Notes under the pieces: model-generated
Databases searched by the model: none
Seen by the model: the letters and a program-made list of their open reading frames with translations, nothing else
What the model was told of the DNA's origin: nothing
Made by a program: the position numbers and the translations under genes
In this document: in pieces, positions 12,421 to 23,350 of the stretch
Position numbering within the stretch: position 1 is the stretch's first letter
Layout of the letters: every line of letters starts with the position of its first letter
Origin: Rhodosorus marinus CCMP1338
Taxonomy: Eukaryota > Plantae > Rhodophyta
Reading direction: 5' to 3'
Assembly (NCBI GenBank): GCA_029953675.1
Contig: JAMWBK010000001.1
Coordinates: 1,364,001-1,428,000 of the forward strand
Length of the DNA stretch: 64,000 nt

Positions 12421-13533
12421 GGACTTTACTAGCATAGCCTGAAGCGCTACGCAAGGCGTGAAGATGAACTAATAACTAGGCAGGGAAGTATGCAACCCCA
12501 GGCGCCGATGGCGCGCCTCGGAAAGCATGTGGCTGGAATATCGCCAAAGGGAGACACTTAAACGCCTCAAGAGCGCCAAATATTCAGTAGGATGCTCAGC
12601 AAAACATTTCCGCAACCACTCTAAACCCGACTTATCAACGTGACCAAAGCTTTCCACAATGAATGGCTGGAACCGGTGAGAGCGACCCTCAGCGCAAGGC
12701 AGACTGGCCATGCTCTCAGCATACCGTCGTTCCTTAACTCTTCGAAGGGCTGAAGCCGCGGCCTCCCGGCGGCGGGCGGCTGCGGTGAGGTGGGCGCTGG
12801 CCACGGGGCAGGTAATCGCAAGGTCCACATATGTTGAGCGTCTGGCAGCAGCGTCGGAGACGAGGAGATCGGCTATACAACGGGGCGGTGCAGAGTCCGA
12901 GATTGATCTGGGCAGTTCCGACTCAACCTCAACCGTATGCCCTATCCGAGTCAAAAATTCGCTGAGGATGTACTTGAGGCGAGTGTGACGCCTCGTACGG
13001 AGACCTCGCAACAGTCCGCAGGAACCCAGGAAGTGGTAGCCACAAGCGTCAACCCGGCTCTCACATCCCTGACAGAAAGACGGCCGATTAGAGTGCCACG
13101 GAGCCTGTGGCAAACCGAGATAGATCCGTGCGGCAGAACGGAACTGGAAAGCATCGAGACGATGACTCAATGACGACGGTAGAGTGGTTAACCACAAGTG
13201 CGAGAGGTGGCCTCCCATGCCGCGGAGACGAGCGGCAGTGGTAGGCGGCGTGAGAGGAGAATTGAGCATGACTGTGTGAGCGGCACTGTGTTGGCCCCAG
13301 GTGAGGCTATGTTGAATCACATCAGTGCGGGAGCTCCACAATCGGCTCAAACCCGGGTAGTCTGCAACAGGTGACCCGGGGCTAGCCTCTCCGTCATCGG
13401 CAAGAACTCGGTCGAGGGGACAATCCTCAATCGCTTCAGCTCGTCCCCATAACAGCTCCCTCCAGGAACGAAAACGGGACCGATTTGCGTCCGGCACGGC
13501 GTTGCACCTCCTGAACGCGTGTTGAAGACCATC
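12421..13533 (-). mobile_element. Family A non-LTR retrotransposon, 5'-truncated (~1.1 kb, RLE domain only)
   Basis: ORF 12469-13497 with CCHC knuckle (CQGC..D..GYHFLGSC), RH, AD..VD..K.RRY. 11-bp TSD ATTAGTTGACT at 12410-12420 and 13534-13544. Confidence 0.93.
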
Positions 13534-13680
13534 ATTAGTTGACTAGATCAAAGCGGTGCTGAATACCCTCTACTAGTATCGTCCTTGGCGCCCTTCCTAA
13601 TCTTTAGCCCTAGTATTTTGTCCATTGACTGCTTGGGCTTGCGAAGAAACGAAATCGATGGTAACAACACGAAGCTTCTC

Positions 13681-14533
13681 ATGAGCCCTCCAAAGCTCAG
13701 CAACAAGGATGACTATGTTGAGTGGAAGGAGCAAGTAGATTACGGTTGAGGTGGAATCGGAACTACCCAGATCGATCTCGGATAGGGCACCGCCCCGCTG
13801 TATCGCAGATCTCCTCGTCTCCGATGCTGCCGCCAGACGCTCAGCATATGTTGACCTCGCGATTACATGCTCTGTGGCAAGCGCCCATCTCACGGCTGCC
13901 GCCCGCCGCCGGGGAGCAGCTGCTTCGGCCCTTCGCCGCGTGAAGGAACGACGGTATGCTGAGAGTATGGCCAGCCTGCATCGCGCTGAGGGTCGCTCCC
14001 ACAGGTCCCAGCCTTTCATTGTGGAAGCTTTGGTCACGTGGAGAAGTCGGGTTTGGAGTGGTTGCGGAACCCAATGTTTCACTGGGCATCCTGTTCAATA
14101 CTTGGAACTTTTGCGGCGCTTAAGTGTCTCTGTGTGGCGATATTCGAGCAGCATGCTTGCCGAGGCACGCCATCGGCGCCTGGGTTTGCACGCTTCCCTG
14201 CCTACTTCTTAGTTCCTTTTCACGGTTTGCGTAGCGCTTTAGGCTATGCTAAGAAAGCCAGTAGATTACAGTCCGTCCCAACTAGCACATAAGGTGGTTT
14301 TCCCAGACGAAAAACACGAGTCACGGAGGCACAGGGTTATCGAACAAAACTCGTGTACCTGCCTGGCAGAGAGAGCCCTAGAGGCCGAGCCCGATCAAGT
14401 ATACAAAGAGGCCTGCGACGGCTCGCTCGGCGATCCAATGCTATGCGTAAAAAACAAACACAAAGATAGCTTTTCGACAGACTGTTTCTATGAAAAATCT
14501 TGTCTCGATCGTGAAGTCGTTTCCCAAAAGTAA
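13681..14533 (+). mobile_element. Possible LTR-retrotransposon gag-like ORF interrupted by a family A insertion
   Basis: Removing 13744-14269 restores an open frame MSPPKLSNKDDYVEWKEQVDYSPSQ..., reminiscent of Copia gag N-termini. Confidence 0.35.
13744..14259 (+). mobile_element. Family A (subfamily A2) 3' fragment
   Basis: RLE C-terminus and tail. 10-bp TSD AGTAGATTAC at 13734-13743 and 14260-14269. Confidence 0.92.
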
Positions 14534-15944
14534 ATCAAACCGAGGGCGTGTAACAATAGCTGTTTGCAAACTCCCATATTTGGCCAATGCGACAACACTA
14601 AAATAAACCACTTGCAACATCCCCCAAATTTTTTTTCTGTAAAAATAACGCTGTCGAGAGTTTTTTTTTCTTTTTTTCCGGCAATACTGCTGCGTCCACC
14701 CGTCATTTTATTTTCTTTAAAAACAATTACTTTTCCTGCATTCCTGGGACAAATTTTTATTGCTAACGTAGTTCTTTTTGTCGGGCCAAGCTTAGCAAAC
14801 AATGTTCCAAGTTATATCTTTTGAGAAACAACTAATTCCTGAGAGTTTCTTTTTTTAAGATATGCGGACTAGTTTTGTCTTTGTAAACCTTTTAAATTCG
14901 CGTCCAAGATCATAGTTGTCTAAATAATTCTAAAGATTTGGAATATGTTCCGAACACTAATCCACCTGCGTGCTTATTCAGAAATTTTGTACAGGGTCTC
15001 CTTGTTAATGTGAAATTAGACCTACCTCCCAGGCCAGGTTACCATTGTTTTTTTTTGTTTAAATGGGTAAGACGCTGGTTATCATCATGTTGCTAATGCG
15101 GGTCACCTATAGGGTATCCTTGAGCTAGCCTGAGGAGACCCTAATCTTGCGTATCCCCGTTGATGATGTATCCCTAGCGCTACACTCGGTAGGTAAACTA
15201 GAGGACCACCGCTACTTCAATCTCGAACGGGTATGGTAAGCGTATGCAACACGTACCTGACTGCCGAGGGTTGATCAGCGGAGAATCCCCTGTACAGGGA
15301 GACCTGCAAGATTCTCACCTGATCGTTGCTCCCGATCCCTTACGCAGGAAGGGTCTGTGAATTTCGTAGGTTACATATCCCTAACGCTACACTCATTGAC
15401 GGAAACTATTTACTACCCGTTCCCCGCATCGGAACTTCACGTTTTTCTGCAGTCCCGTGCTTGTCAGGCAGTAAATCGAGACATCCCTCGTCCGTCACTC
15501 CACGCCCTGGTAGCTTCGATTCTGATCCTTTTATTCAGAGCCTACCCTGAGAAGCGAGAAACTTCGATTAGTGAGTGTTTTGGTTTGGTTGATCGGAAAG
15601 CCCCCAACTCCAGTGACGTATTCCCTCGAGTGCCACCATCGACTCTCCTCTCGAGGTGTATGACCTGAGTTTTCTTGTTATGTGCATGAACATCTCCCTG
15701 GATCCTGCAGCGCGCTTGGTCTATGCCTTCCACAGTATTCTCCGCTGTCCCAACAGTCTGCTAGTGAACATCAAGTCCAGACACCTCTCTGTTCCTTTTC
15801 AGTATCCTCGATACTCCCGGTCCAATAGACGCGTAACATCAGCCAAGAACAAAACCGATTCACTGATAATTTTTTTCTGGGCAGACGCAACAGAACCCAG
15901 TTCGCGACATGGATGAGCAAGGTCATTTTTAATACGAATATCCT

Positions 15945-16052
15945 GGCCAGGAGGTTCACGGGTCAATGTTCCGTAGGAATATTGGCAATGTGGAACAGGT
16001 CGTCATTTTCAGTTCGAACGCCGTGGCCAAGAAGTTCAGAACATCGGCCTCC
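15945..16052 (+). promoter_or_regulatory. Cluster of GGAACATYGGC-like motifs upstream of GSDH copy 2
   Basis: tggccaggaggttc...GTCAATGTTCC-gta-GGAATATTGGC...AGAACATCGGCC. Homologous to 22783-22831. Confidence 0.55.
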
Positions 16053-16277
16053 ACAAATGATCGCTGGAGACAATATCAATCGTGCTCGATATGCATTTAG
16101 ACAGCGTTTGAGAGTGTAGGGGATAGGGCTGGGAGGTGAAGGAGGAGGAGGGCCTTAATTTATTGGTTATCGGCAGTGTTAAGGGAGAGCTTTGCGTTCC
16201 CAAGAAGGTAGAAACTATGTCCACTTGAGTGTTCAAGGCATGAAGTGGGTCGACGAACGAAGCATCGAACGCGCAAG

Positions 16278-19200
16278 ATGGGACGGGAGGTGCTTGTGCT
16301 TTTCATAGTCGCCGTGGTGGCGATGCAGTATAGGGGGGTTGGAGGAGCGCTGACGCAGGTTGATTTTGAGGATGTTTCTGTCGCGGAGGATATTCCCGGT
16401 CTTCCTACGGACTTTGCGTTCATGCCTCCCGGTCAGACGGACCGGATTTTGGTCACCGATTTTAGAGGCATGGTTCAAGTTGTTGTGAAGGGGGCAGTTC
16501 AGAAGAAACTGTTTCTGGATGAGAGGGTGTCCCAGGAGGAGCGGGATAATTTCATAGGCTACGGGAATTTTGGGGATAGAGGTATTGCACCAGAGTATCG
16601 GGCTGTCGCGGTAGATTCTGACTTTGAAAATTTTCCGTTCGTGTACTTTGCGTACATCTACTATCCCGCAACTGTGGAAGGACCAGTACAAATTCCCATG
16701 CAAGGGTTTGTGAAGCGATATAGAGTGAGCCCTGACCTCTCAGAGGTCGATCGCAGCACGGGGAAAATCATTTTTGGAAACTACGTTAACGGAAACTGTT
16801 TGGAGGTTGACGTGAAGGAGGACAACTACTGCGTAACTCGTCCGCCACATAACATGTCCGGGTTGCTGTCAGACCCGAACGGCAGACTTTGGATAACCAC
16901 AGGGGACTCTGCGTTTGTGTACGACTCTGAACGACCCTTGGCAATGAGGTCTCAGGACCTTGACTCGCTATACGGAAAAGTGCTGCGGGTGAGTCGAAAT
17001 GGGTTAGGTCTGAGCTCTAACCCGTACTACAACGGGGACCGGCGGGCAAACCGTTCAAAGGTGATGGCTTTGGGGTTGCGAAACCCATGGAATATTCACT
17101 GGGACGACGCGCTTGGAACAGCGTGGGTGTCTGATGTTGGGGAAGCATCGCTCGAGGAATTCAATCTGGTCCGGCCGCGGGCGAACTTTGAGTGGCCGTG
17201 CTTTGAGTCGGAGCTCGATCGCTTTCAGTTTGGCATCTTCCCCGAATGTGCGGACATGCTCAATGACGTGCCACCATCGTCCGGCGCCGTGTATACAGGG
17301 ACGAGAGCCGGCCCGGCGTTCAGCTACTCGCACCGAGAGGGTACTGCGAATACTGGTGTGGCTCCAGTGAACATTGAGGGATGGCCAGAAACTTTCGACC
17401 ACGGCGTGTATTTTTGTGATTATAGCGGAAATTGGATACGGTACGTCAAAGTAGACGAAGCTGGTAACGTGGTGTCGGAGGCTCTCGATTTTGCCACCGA
17501 GGTTCTCGGGCCGGTCAACATTAGAACGGGAAGTGACGGATGTCTATATTACCTGGCACTCACTGCCAGCCAGCTAGGCAAGATCTGTTACAGGGAGGAC
17601 AATTCACGGCCCGAGGTGGTTGGGATCGTACCGCCGAATGGGTTCGTGGGGGTGGCGCGGTCTGCCGTGGTTGAGGTGGCGGTAAGCAAGAAGGTGACAG
17701 CGGAGACGTCATTAGCGGCTATAACTGTGGTGGAGAGTGTATCGGGGGAAACTGTTGCCGGGTTTGTGGAGCAGGATGAGACCAGGAACATTCTAACCTT
17801 CGTACCGAGCGATCTACTGAAGGGGGACACGATGTACACGGTGACGGTTTCCGGGTTGATCGACCAGAAAGGTATTTCAATGAAGGGTGAGGAGATAGGT
17901 ACGTTTGTGACGGGCAGTGGTTTTTTACGATATCTTTCCGATCTTCCCCTGACCGTGGATCCAAGGCCGAGGCGGGTTGTGCGTGACATGGCGGAGGATG
18001 GCTTGACTCGCATCACAATCCGCGGGAAAAGGTTCAGGAAAGGTTTGAGCTTTAGCCCTGTGGTGCTGATAGATGTACAAGTCCCCAATGGATGTACGTC
18101 GATCGAAGGTTACTACGGGATTGACGACATCTCCCGCAGGATCGCGAGCGGTGCTGTTATATTTACGATTGCTGTGGACGGCACCTTTGTCTACGATTCG
18201 ACGGTGGATGGTCTCGGAATACCTAGTAGAAAGATCGACCCCGAGTTTTACTTCAGGTTGGCGGTGGAGAGTGGCAGCACCGTGACTTTGAGGGGCGACT
18301 TTGGTGACCTCGATGACATAGAAGCGATCGAGAATCGTGGAGTGTGGGCTGACGTTGCCTTCCGCTGCGGGAACTTGGATTCCAGCGCCCCAAAGGTCCA
18401 GTCGTTCGATCCCGGCAACGGCGAAACCACATCGACCAATCCTGTGATTCGTATCAGGTTCGACGAAGTCATGAACTATAACACGATCATTCAGGCGGTG
18501 AGCATCGAGTCAGTGGATGGGCGTCGTATCCCGTGGCTTCCGGTGGAGAATACCAACCCCCAAGTTTTCCTCCTCGCCGTGGAGGACCTAGAGTTCGACG
18601 AGACGTACATCGTGAGTATATCCAAGGAGGCCGCGGACGTTTCTGGGAACAGAATGGAACAAGCCGTGCAGTGGTCGTTTACGACGGAGTCACCACCGGC
18701 GAGTGGCGAGAGGCTCCAACTCGTTGGAGATCTGATACCCACGCGCTTAAACGGCGGTGTCTCCTTCGACGGATTTCCTAGGGAATTGTCACCAGGCGTG
18801 GAAGTATACAAGAATGGACTTGGCATGCAGGCAAATGCCATGGTCAGCTACGACCTGAGTGGTCTAGGGTGCCGTCGCTTAAGAGGGCGGACGGGTAAAG
18901 ACGCGACTGCGGGGGGCGATTCTGGTGCTTGTCGGCTTCAGATTTTCAGCGGTGCGAGTGAGCGTACGTCCAGAATGCGTTTGGATCGGTACCCTCGCGC
19001 TGGCAAACCATCCCGGGGGTTAAATATTGGCGTGGAAGGGGATAGGTATCTGAAGATTAAGGTCTCCGCGGGAGGAGACGATGGACGTGCTAACGACCTT
19101 TGCGATATCGGACGAGCAAGAATGGAGTGCGATGGTGATGATATTTACCTGACACGTCTCACTCCGTTGTCTAAGCGCGGAGTGGTTGAACGGAACAGGA

Positions 19201-20078
19201 GCGCGGTCCGGCTACCATTGCAGCTGCTCAGCTCTTCAATGACCTTCGATGCTGGAGTCGTGATCCCTGCCGGGGCGGAAGTTGCATATGAAATTCCTGG
19301 TCGGTGCTCGACTGTAAGCTTCACTGTAGGAGCGGGTAACGGAGCAGTTTCTGGAGATACCAAGTTGGTGACAACGGTGGACGGGCAGACTGTTTGTACC
19401 GAGCAGAACTTTGTACACCGCGACGGAGCGAGGACGTTTTCGTGCAACGTTGAAGGAGGGGAGGAGCTCAAACTGGAGGCCATCAGAGGAGAGACTGGCG
19501 GCGCCATTGTCGTGGGGGAGGCCGAGCTGGACTGTGCAGTGGGAACTCGAAAACCGGTCTGTGAGATAATCTCGCTCCCCACCAGCTTTCGAGTCGGCGA
19601 CAAGGTCGAATATAGAGGACAAGGCTACCGCTTCAACGGTGAAGAGTTACCTGCGAGTGCTCTCAGCTGGGAACTAACGCTTGTGCACTGTGAGCCGGAG
19701 TGTCATGATCATCCGCAAGACATTGTAGAAGGCAGGAAGAGGGGAAGCTACCACGTCCCTGACCACGGGGACTACTTCTTCGTCAAGATCGACTGCATAG
19801 TGAATGATGGAGGTGAGGTTTCGAGGATGTCGAGGAGCGTTCTTCCAGATACGGCATTGATAACGGTGGAATCCAGGCCTATCGGAAAGCTCGCCACAGT
19901 CGATGGCACAAACGGCGAGACGCCGCTCTCAAAGACAGTGGTTGTGGGCGCGACATTCACCGTGGACGCCGACCCCGTAGCATTCAGAAGCTGGTCACAT
20001 GACAAAACTCTCGGAGCAACCTTTGAATACACTCTTGAAGACCAAAACCCCGTCGTATTTGACGCCAGGTACAACTGA
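16278..20078 (+). CDS. Secreted multidomain GSDH/NPCBM/Ig-like protein, copy 2
   Basis: Intact ORF, ATG at 16278 followed by a signal peptide. Same motifs as copy 1. Confidence 0.88.
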   Translation: MGREVLVLFIVAVVAMQYRGVGGALTQVDFEDVSVAEDIPGLPTDFAFMPPGQTDRILVTDFRGMVQVVVKGAVQKKLFLDERVSQEERDNFIGYGNFGDRGIAPEYRAVAVDSDFENFPFVYFAYIYYPATVEGPVQIPMQGFVKRYRVSPDLSEVDRSTGKIIFGNYVNGNCLEVDVKEDNYCVTRPPHNMSGLLSDPNGRLWITTGDSAFVYDSERPLAMRSQDLDSLYGKVLRVSRNGLGLSSNPYYNGDRRANRSKVMALGLRNPWNIHWDDALGTAWVSDVGEASLEEFNLVRPRANFEWPCFESELDRFQFGIFPECADMLNDVPPSSGAVYTGTRAGPAFSYSHREGTANTGVAPVNIEGWPETFDHGVYFCDYSGNWIRYVKVDEAGNVVSEALDFATEVLGPVNIRTGSDGCLYYLALTASQLGKICYREDNSRPEVVGIVPPNGFVGVARSAVVEVAVSKKVTAETSLAAITVVESVSGETVAGFVEQDETRNILTFVPSDLLKGDTMYTVTVSGLIDQKGISMKGEEIGTFVTGSGFLRYLSDLPLTVDPRPRRVVRDMAEDGLTRITIRGKRFRKGLSFSPVVLIDVQVPNGCTSIEGYYGIDDISRRIASGAVIFTIAVDGTFVYDSTVDGLGIPSRKIDPEFYFRLAVESGSTVTLRGDFGDLDDIEAIENRGVWADVAFRCGNLDSSAPKVQSFDPGNGETTSTNPVIRIRFDEVMNYNTIIQAVSIESVDGRRIPWLPVENTNPQVFLLAVEDLEFDETYIVSISKEAADVSGNRMEQAVQWSFTTESPPASGERLQLVGDLIPTRLNGGVSFDGFPRELSPGVEVYKNGLGMQANAMVSYDLSGLGCRRLRGRTGKDATAGGDSGACRLQIFSGASERTSRMRLDRYPRAGKPSRGLNIGVEGDRYLKIKVSAGGDDGRANDLCDIGRARMECDGDDIYLTRLTPLSKRGVVERNRSAVRLPLQLLSSSMTFDAGVVIPAGAEVAYEIPGRCSTVSFTVGAGNGAVSGDTKLVTTVDGQTVCTEQNFVHRDGARTFSCNVEGGEELKLEAIRGETGGAIVVGEAELDCAVGTRKPVCEIISLPTSFRVGDKVEYRGQGYRFNGEELPASALSWELTLVHCEPECHDHPQDIVEGRKRGSYHVPDHGDYFFVKIDCIVNDGGEVSRMSRSVLPDTALITVESRPIGKLATVDGTNGETPLSKTVVVGATFTVDADPVAFRSWSHDKTLGATFEYTLEDQNPVVFDARYN

Positions 20079-20469
20079 GGGAGAGCATGGAACCGGTGTC
20101 TCCCAACATTATTCTTCTGCTGCTTGATTGGTCGTAATAAAATTAAATCAGTATGTAAGCTTTATAATTGGATATAATAGACCTATATCATGATGTAAGC
20201 TTTTTATTGGCTAATTCGAATACGGCGCTGGATATCGCAAAATGCATACAGCGACTGTGAAACGGAATCAAGGGTACACAAGCCGCGCAAGAAATGTTGT
20301 TTTGCTGCAACGAGACAGGTTCTCATTTTCCTTGATGAATCCCTAAGAATTCCGCGTTGCTGGGGTTGCTTTTGTTGGAACTGGAAGTTCTTTCATATTT
20401 GTTAAGGTGTCTTGGATTCCAAGCGCCTTCTCCCGAGGCCTTTTCCGGCTGCCTCGCCTTGGCCTTGCG

Positions 20470-20640
20470 CTCAAGATTCCTTCAGGCAATTGGATTGTGT
20501 AAGGCCAGTCCTCCACAGCTACTCCAGACTGATAAAGCATCATACTCATTAACTGTAAAATTAATGAGTTGGCTCTCTCAGCAATCCCATTTCTCTCTGG
20601 CGAGCAAAGTGCTCATGATCCCATTCTATTCCATAAGATT
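20470..20640 (-). mobile_element. Ty1/Copia integrase relic
   Basis: Minus strand reads SPERNGIAERANSLILQLMSMMLYQSGVAVEDWPY, matching the rve core P.QNG.AER.N....RSML..SG...W. Confidence 0.7.
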
Positions 20641-21704
20641 TGCTCTTAGATCTCAGACTTCATGTATTTCATGAAGTTTTCCTCTCTGCTCAAGTTTCCG
20701 GAATTCCGACTAGGACTTGTGCCTTTTTCTTCCGCGCTCACCCTTTCTCTTCCGTCCCTTTAGCCAGACCAGCTCATCACTTCGGATGGCACACTTTCAA
20801 CAAACATTCACATGTTCAGGACTCTACAAGTCCGTATCAGGCACTTGCTCTTCCGGTCATATCGGACCTCTGCCATGGCTTGGGGTTTTCGAATTCGGGG
20901 TTTCGCGCAGGACTTTTCCGACTCGTAGCAAACAATCCGGCTGCACGAGCCCTTGCAGAACTTCCATTGTGCAAGTGTCGCCATTGGAACGGTAACAAAA
21001 CTCTCACATTCTTGTCCAAGTACTTCGTCTTTGGTTCATGTTCTCTGCCTAGCACAGTCTTTGTCTTCTTCCTCCATGCGCCATTGCAGTCTTGCTTCGC
21101 CTGAGTTCGTAAGCTCTCTGCGCCCGGTTAGCTGTCATTATCATGCTCAATTGCTCTCCACGAAACCTCCACATCCCGTTCTTCGCTTCGGTACAAGGAG
21201 CTGGACGAGGTCCTCCTTTGCAACGGACTTCCCCAAACCATTAACCTTCTCTATAATCCAGTTCATCCTCATCTTCTTACTTCACGCGGCTCCCGGACGG
21301 TGAGCTGGGCTCATAACCTGTTGGGACTGGAAGTTCTTACAAAGCTATAGAGACCCATGGAGGCGAATCATAACCTTTGAGCAAGTTTGAGCCAGACCGT
21401 CTATATCCTTTTATCTCACTTACTTCACTCCTAGCTTCCCATCCTAATCGTGGGGAATCCACAACTTGTATAGGTATTAGCTCATTAGCGAACTCAAGGA
21501 AGGAAGATGTCAAAGCTTGGCTTCGCATTCAAGAAAACTTGTTTCTACAATCCCAATACATGCAATTCTCATTCTCGCACTGTCTGAGCTACACACAAAA
21601 TGTTAGCCATGACCCCAACTACAATACACAATCCCCCTGGTCCCAGGGGGGGAGGGTGGGGGAAGACTCGAAATCTTTCAGAATTTTAACGATTGGTGAT
21701 GGGC

Positions 21705-21880
21705 TTAGTCGGAGGCTGCAAAAACACCCCGAGGAGAAAGAAAAAGGCTACTGCAGGCGAAGATCACGCGCCTCCAACATCGAAGCAGCATTCATACGCT
21801 CCAACGGGAAACTCAAACGGGTTTACAACGAGTTAGTCCGCGGGAACTAACGGAATCCATAATCTCAAAACACTCAATTA
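21705..21880 (-). mobile_element. Family B degenerate 3' fragment
   Basis: Reverse complement of the B tail (tttgatgttggaggcgcg...cagcctccga). Confidence 0.75.
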
Positions 21881-22782
21881 CAAAAGATACCAGACGATGC
21901 CCTAAATTGGAAGTGGCGGTGAGAAAATTCAGTCAGTATTCAGTGATTGACTTAGGATCAATCAATCAATGTTCCTTTTTCATCGAATTGATCCGCATTT
22001 TTGTCCGCCATTTTTGTTTTTCTTAATAGGATTGGAAGAATGACCACTTCCCACGGTGGAGGGCAAAACCAAAAATAAAGAAAATGCAGTTCTGTTTTAA
22101 GGTATATAGGCTAGTTTTGTCCTGGAAAATCCCTTCAGTTCGATCCTAAGGGACGATTTCTACAATGATTGGGCCCAAATGTAGGTCCTAAGTTTAGACT
22201 GGCTGTCGGATTTTTCTCAACCAGTTTTTGGAAAATTTTCCTCTGGTCAAGGCTCATGTTTGTTTTTTGTTTTCTGGTTCCGATGTAACTAAATGTTTAC
22301 TTGTTCGGAGACTTCCCAACAAACGGTATTTCAATCCGAAACGGCATGCGGTGCATGGCGCCTCCGACGCGTCTCTCTCTTGAGGAGTTTGATCAGCTTG
22401 CGGAAACCCTACACAGGATCTACAGTGTGTGCGCGAAGGAGACTCTATTCCCCTACCCGGAAAAATGCTTGGGAAGGTCCGCCCTCCTTCCGGTTCCTAT
22501 TATGCCGCATCCAGGCAGCTCCACGAAACGCAAAAGCAAACAAAAAAAAGAAGAATTTGGTACGTCTGATTCTCTACGCCAACTGGACGACGACATTTGC
22601 TAACTGCTGCGATGCAAAATCAACTTTTCCAAACATCGCCGAATCAGAAAATTCAAAAGAAACGTGCTTGCCAAAGAACATGTCGAGACATTCCAATGTT
22701 ACTTCAGATATACCCACCCTGAGGTCTGGCCCGGGTTTTTAGGTGCGGGGCAGGAGAAGGGACGTTTTTTGGTCTGATTAAA

Positions 22783-22831
22783 CTGGCCAAGGAGGTTCTT
22801 CAGCCAATGTTCTCAACGGAACATCGGCCTC
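22783..22831 (+). promoter_or_regulatory. Inverted GGAACATYGGC pair upstream of GSDH copy 3
   Basis: tggccaaggaggttc..GCCAATGTTCT-caac-GGAACATCGGCC. Confidence 0.55.
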
Positions 22832-23350
22832 AAGATGTGAGCTTTGGAGAAACTCCACGGGTTTTTGTGTTTTTCTGAAGTAAAACTCTGGCCAAACTGT
22901 CACCCAATGTCCCCTTCCCCTAATGTCATTCATACTCCCGATGAGTATCTCCACGCGAGAAAAGATTTTCATCATGAAAACACCATTTATGACTTTTTTT
23001 CCCGGGCCAAAACCCTAGCCACTGTCAATGGCGTTAAATGGAAACGTCGTTTTTCGGAAGGAAATTCTGGTCAGGAGGACCAGGAATCCCAACTGGATTT
23101 CAAAGAGTATAATCACGGAGTTCAGAGTGTTTCTAAGGAATATTTGAGAGGAAAGAAGGAAGGAGACTGGTTGCGGGTGGGAAGGGAGGGCGAGGGGGAG
23201 GGGAGAGAGGGGAAGGATGTGATCAGGATCCAATTCCTCTGATTTGAGGAGGATTCAATGGTTTTGGGAGTTTTTAAGCGCTTGGCGATATAATGTTTGG
23301 GAGTGGTGAGAGCTGTGAGAGTTTGTGGTTGCGGATTTTGTGAACTGAAT

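Noticed and set aside
15060-15760. Possible solo LTR (short repeat tatcccta.cgctacactc at ~15168 and ~15375)
   Set aside because: No TG...CA boundaries or TSD could be established.
22301-22603. RLSLEEFDQLAETL resembling a Harbinger transposase motif
   Set aside because: A single weak motif with no downstream catalytic residues or TIRs.
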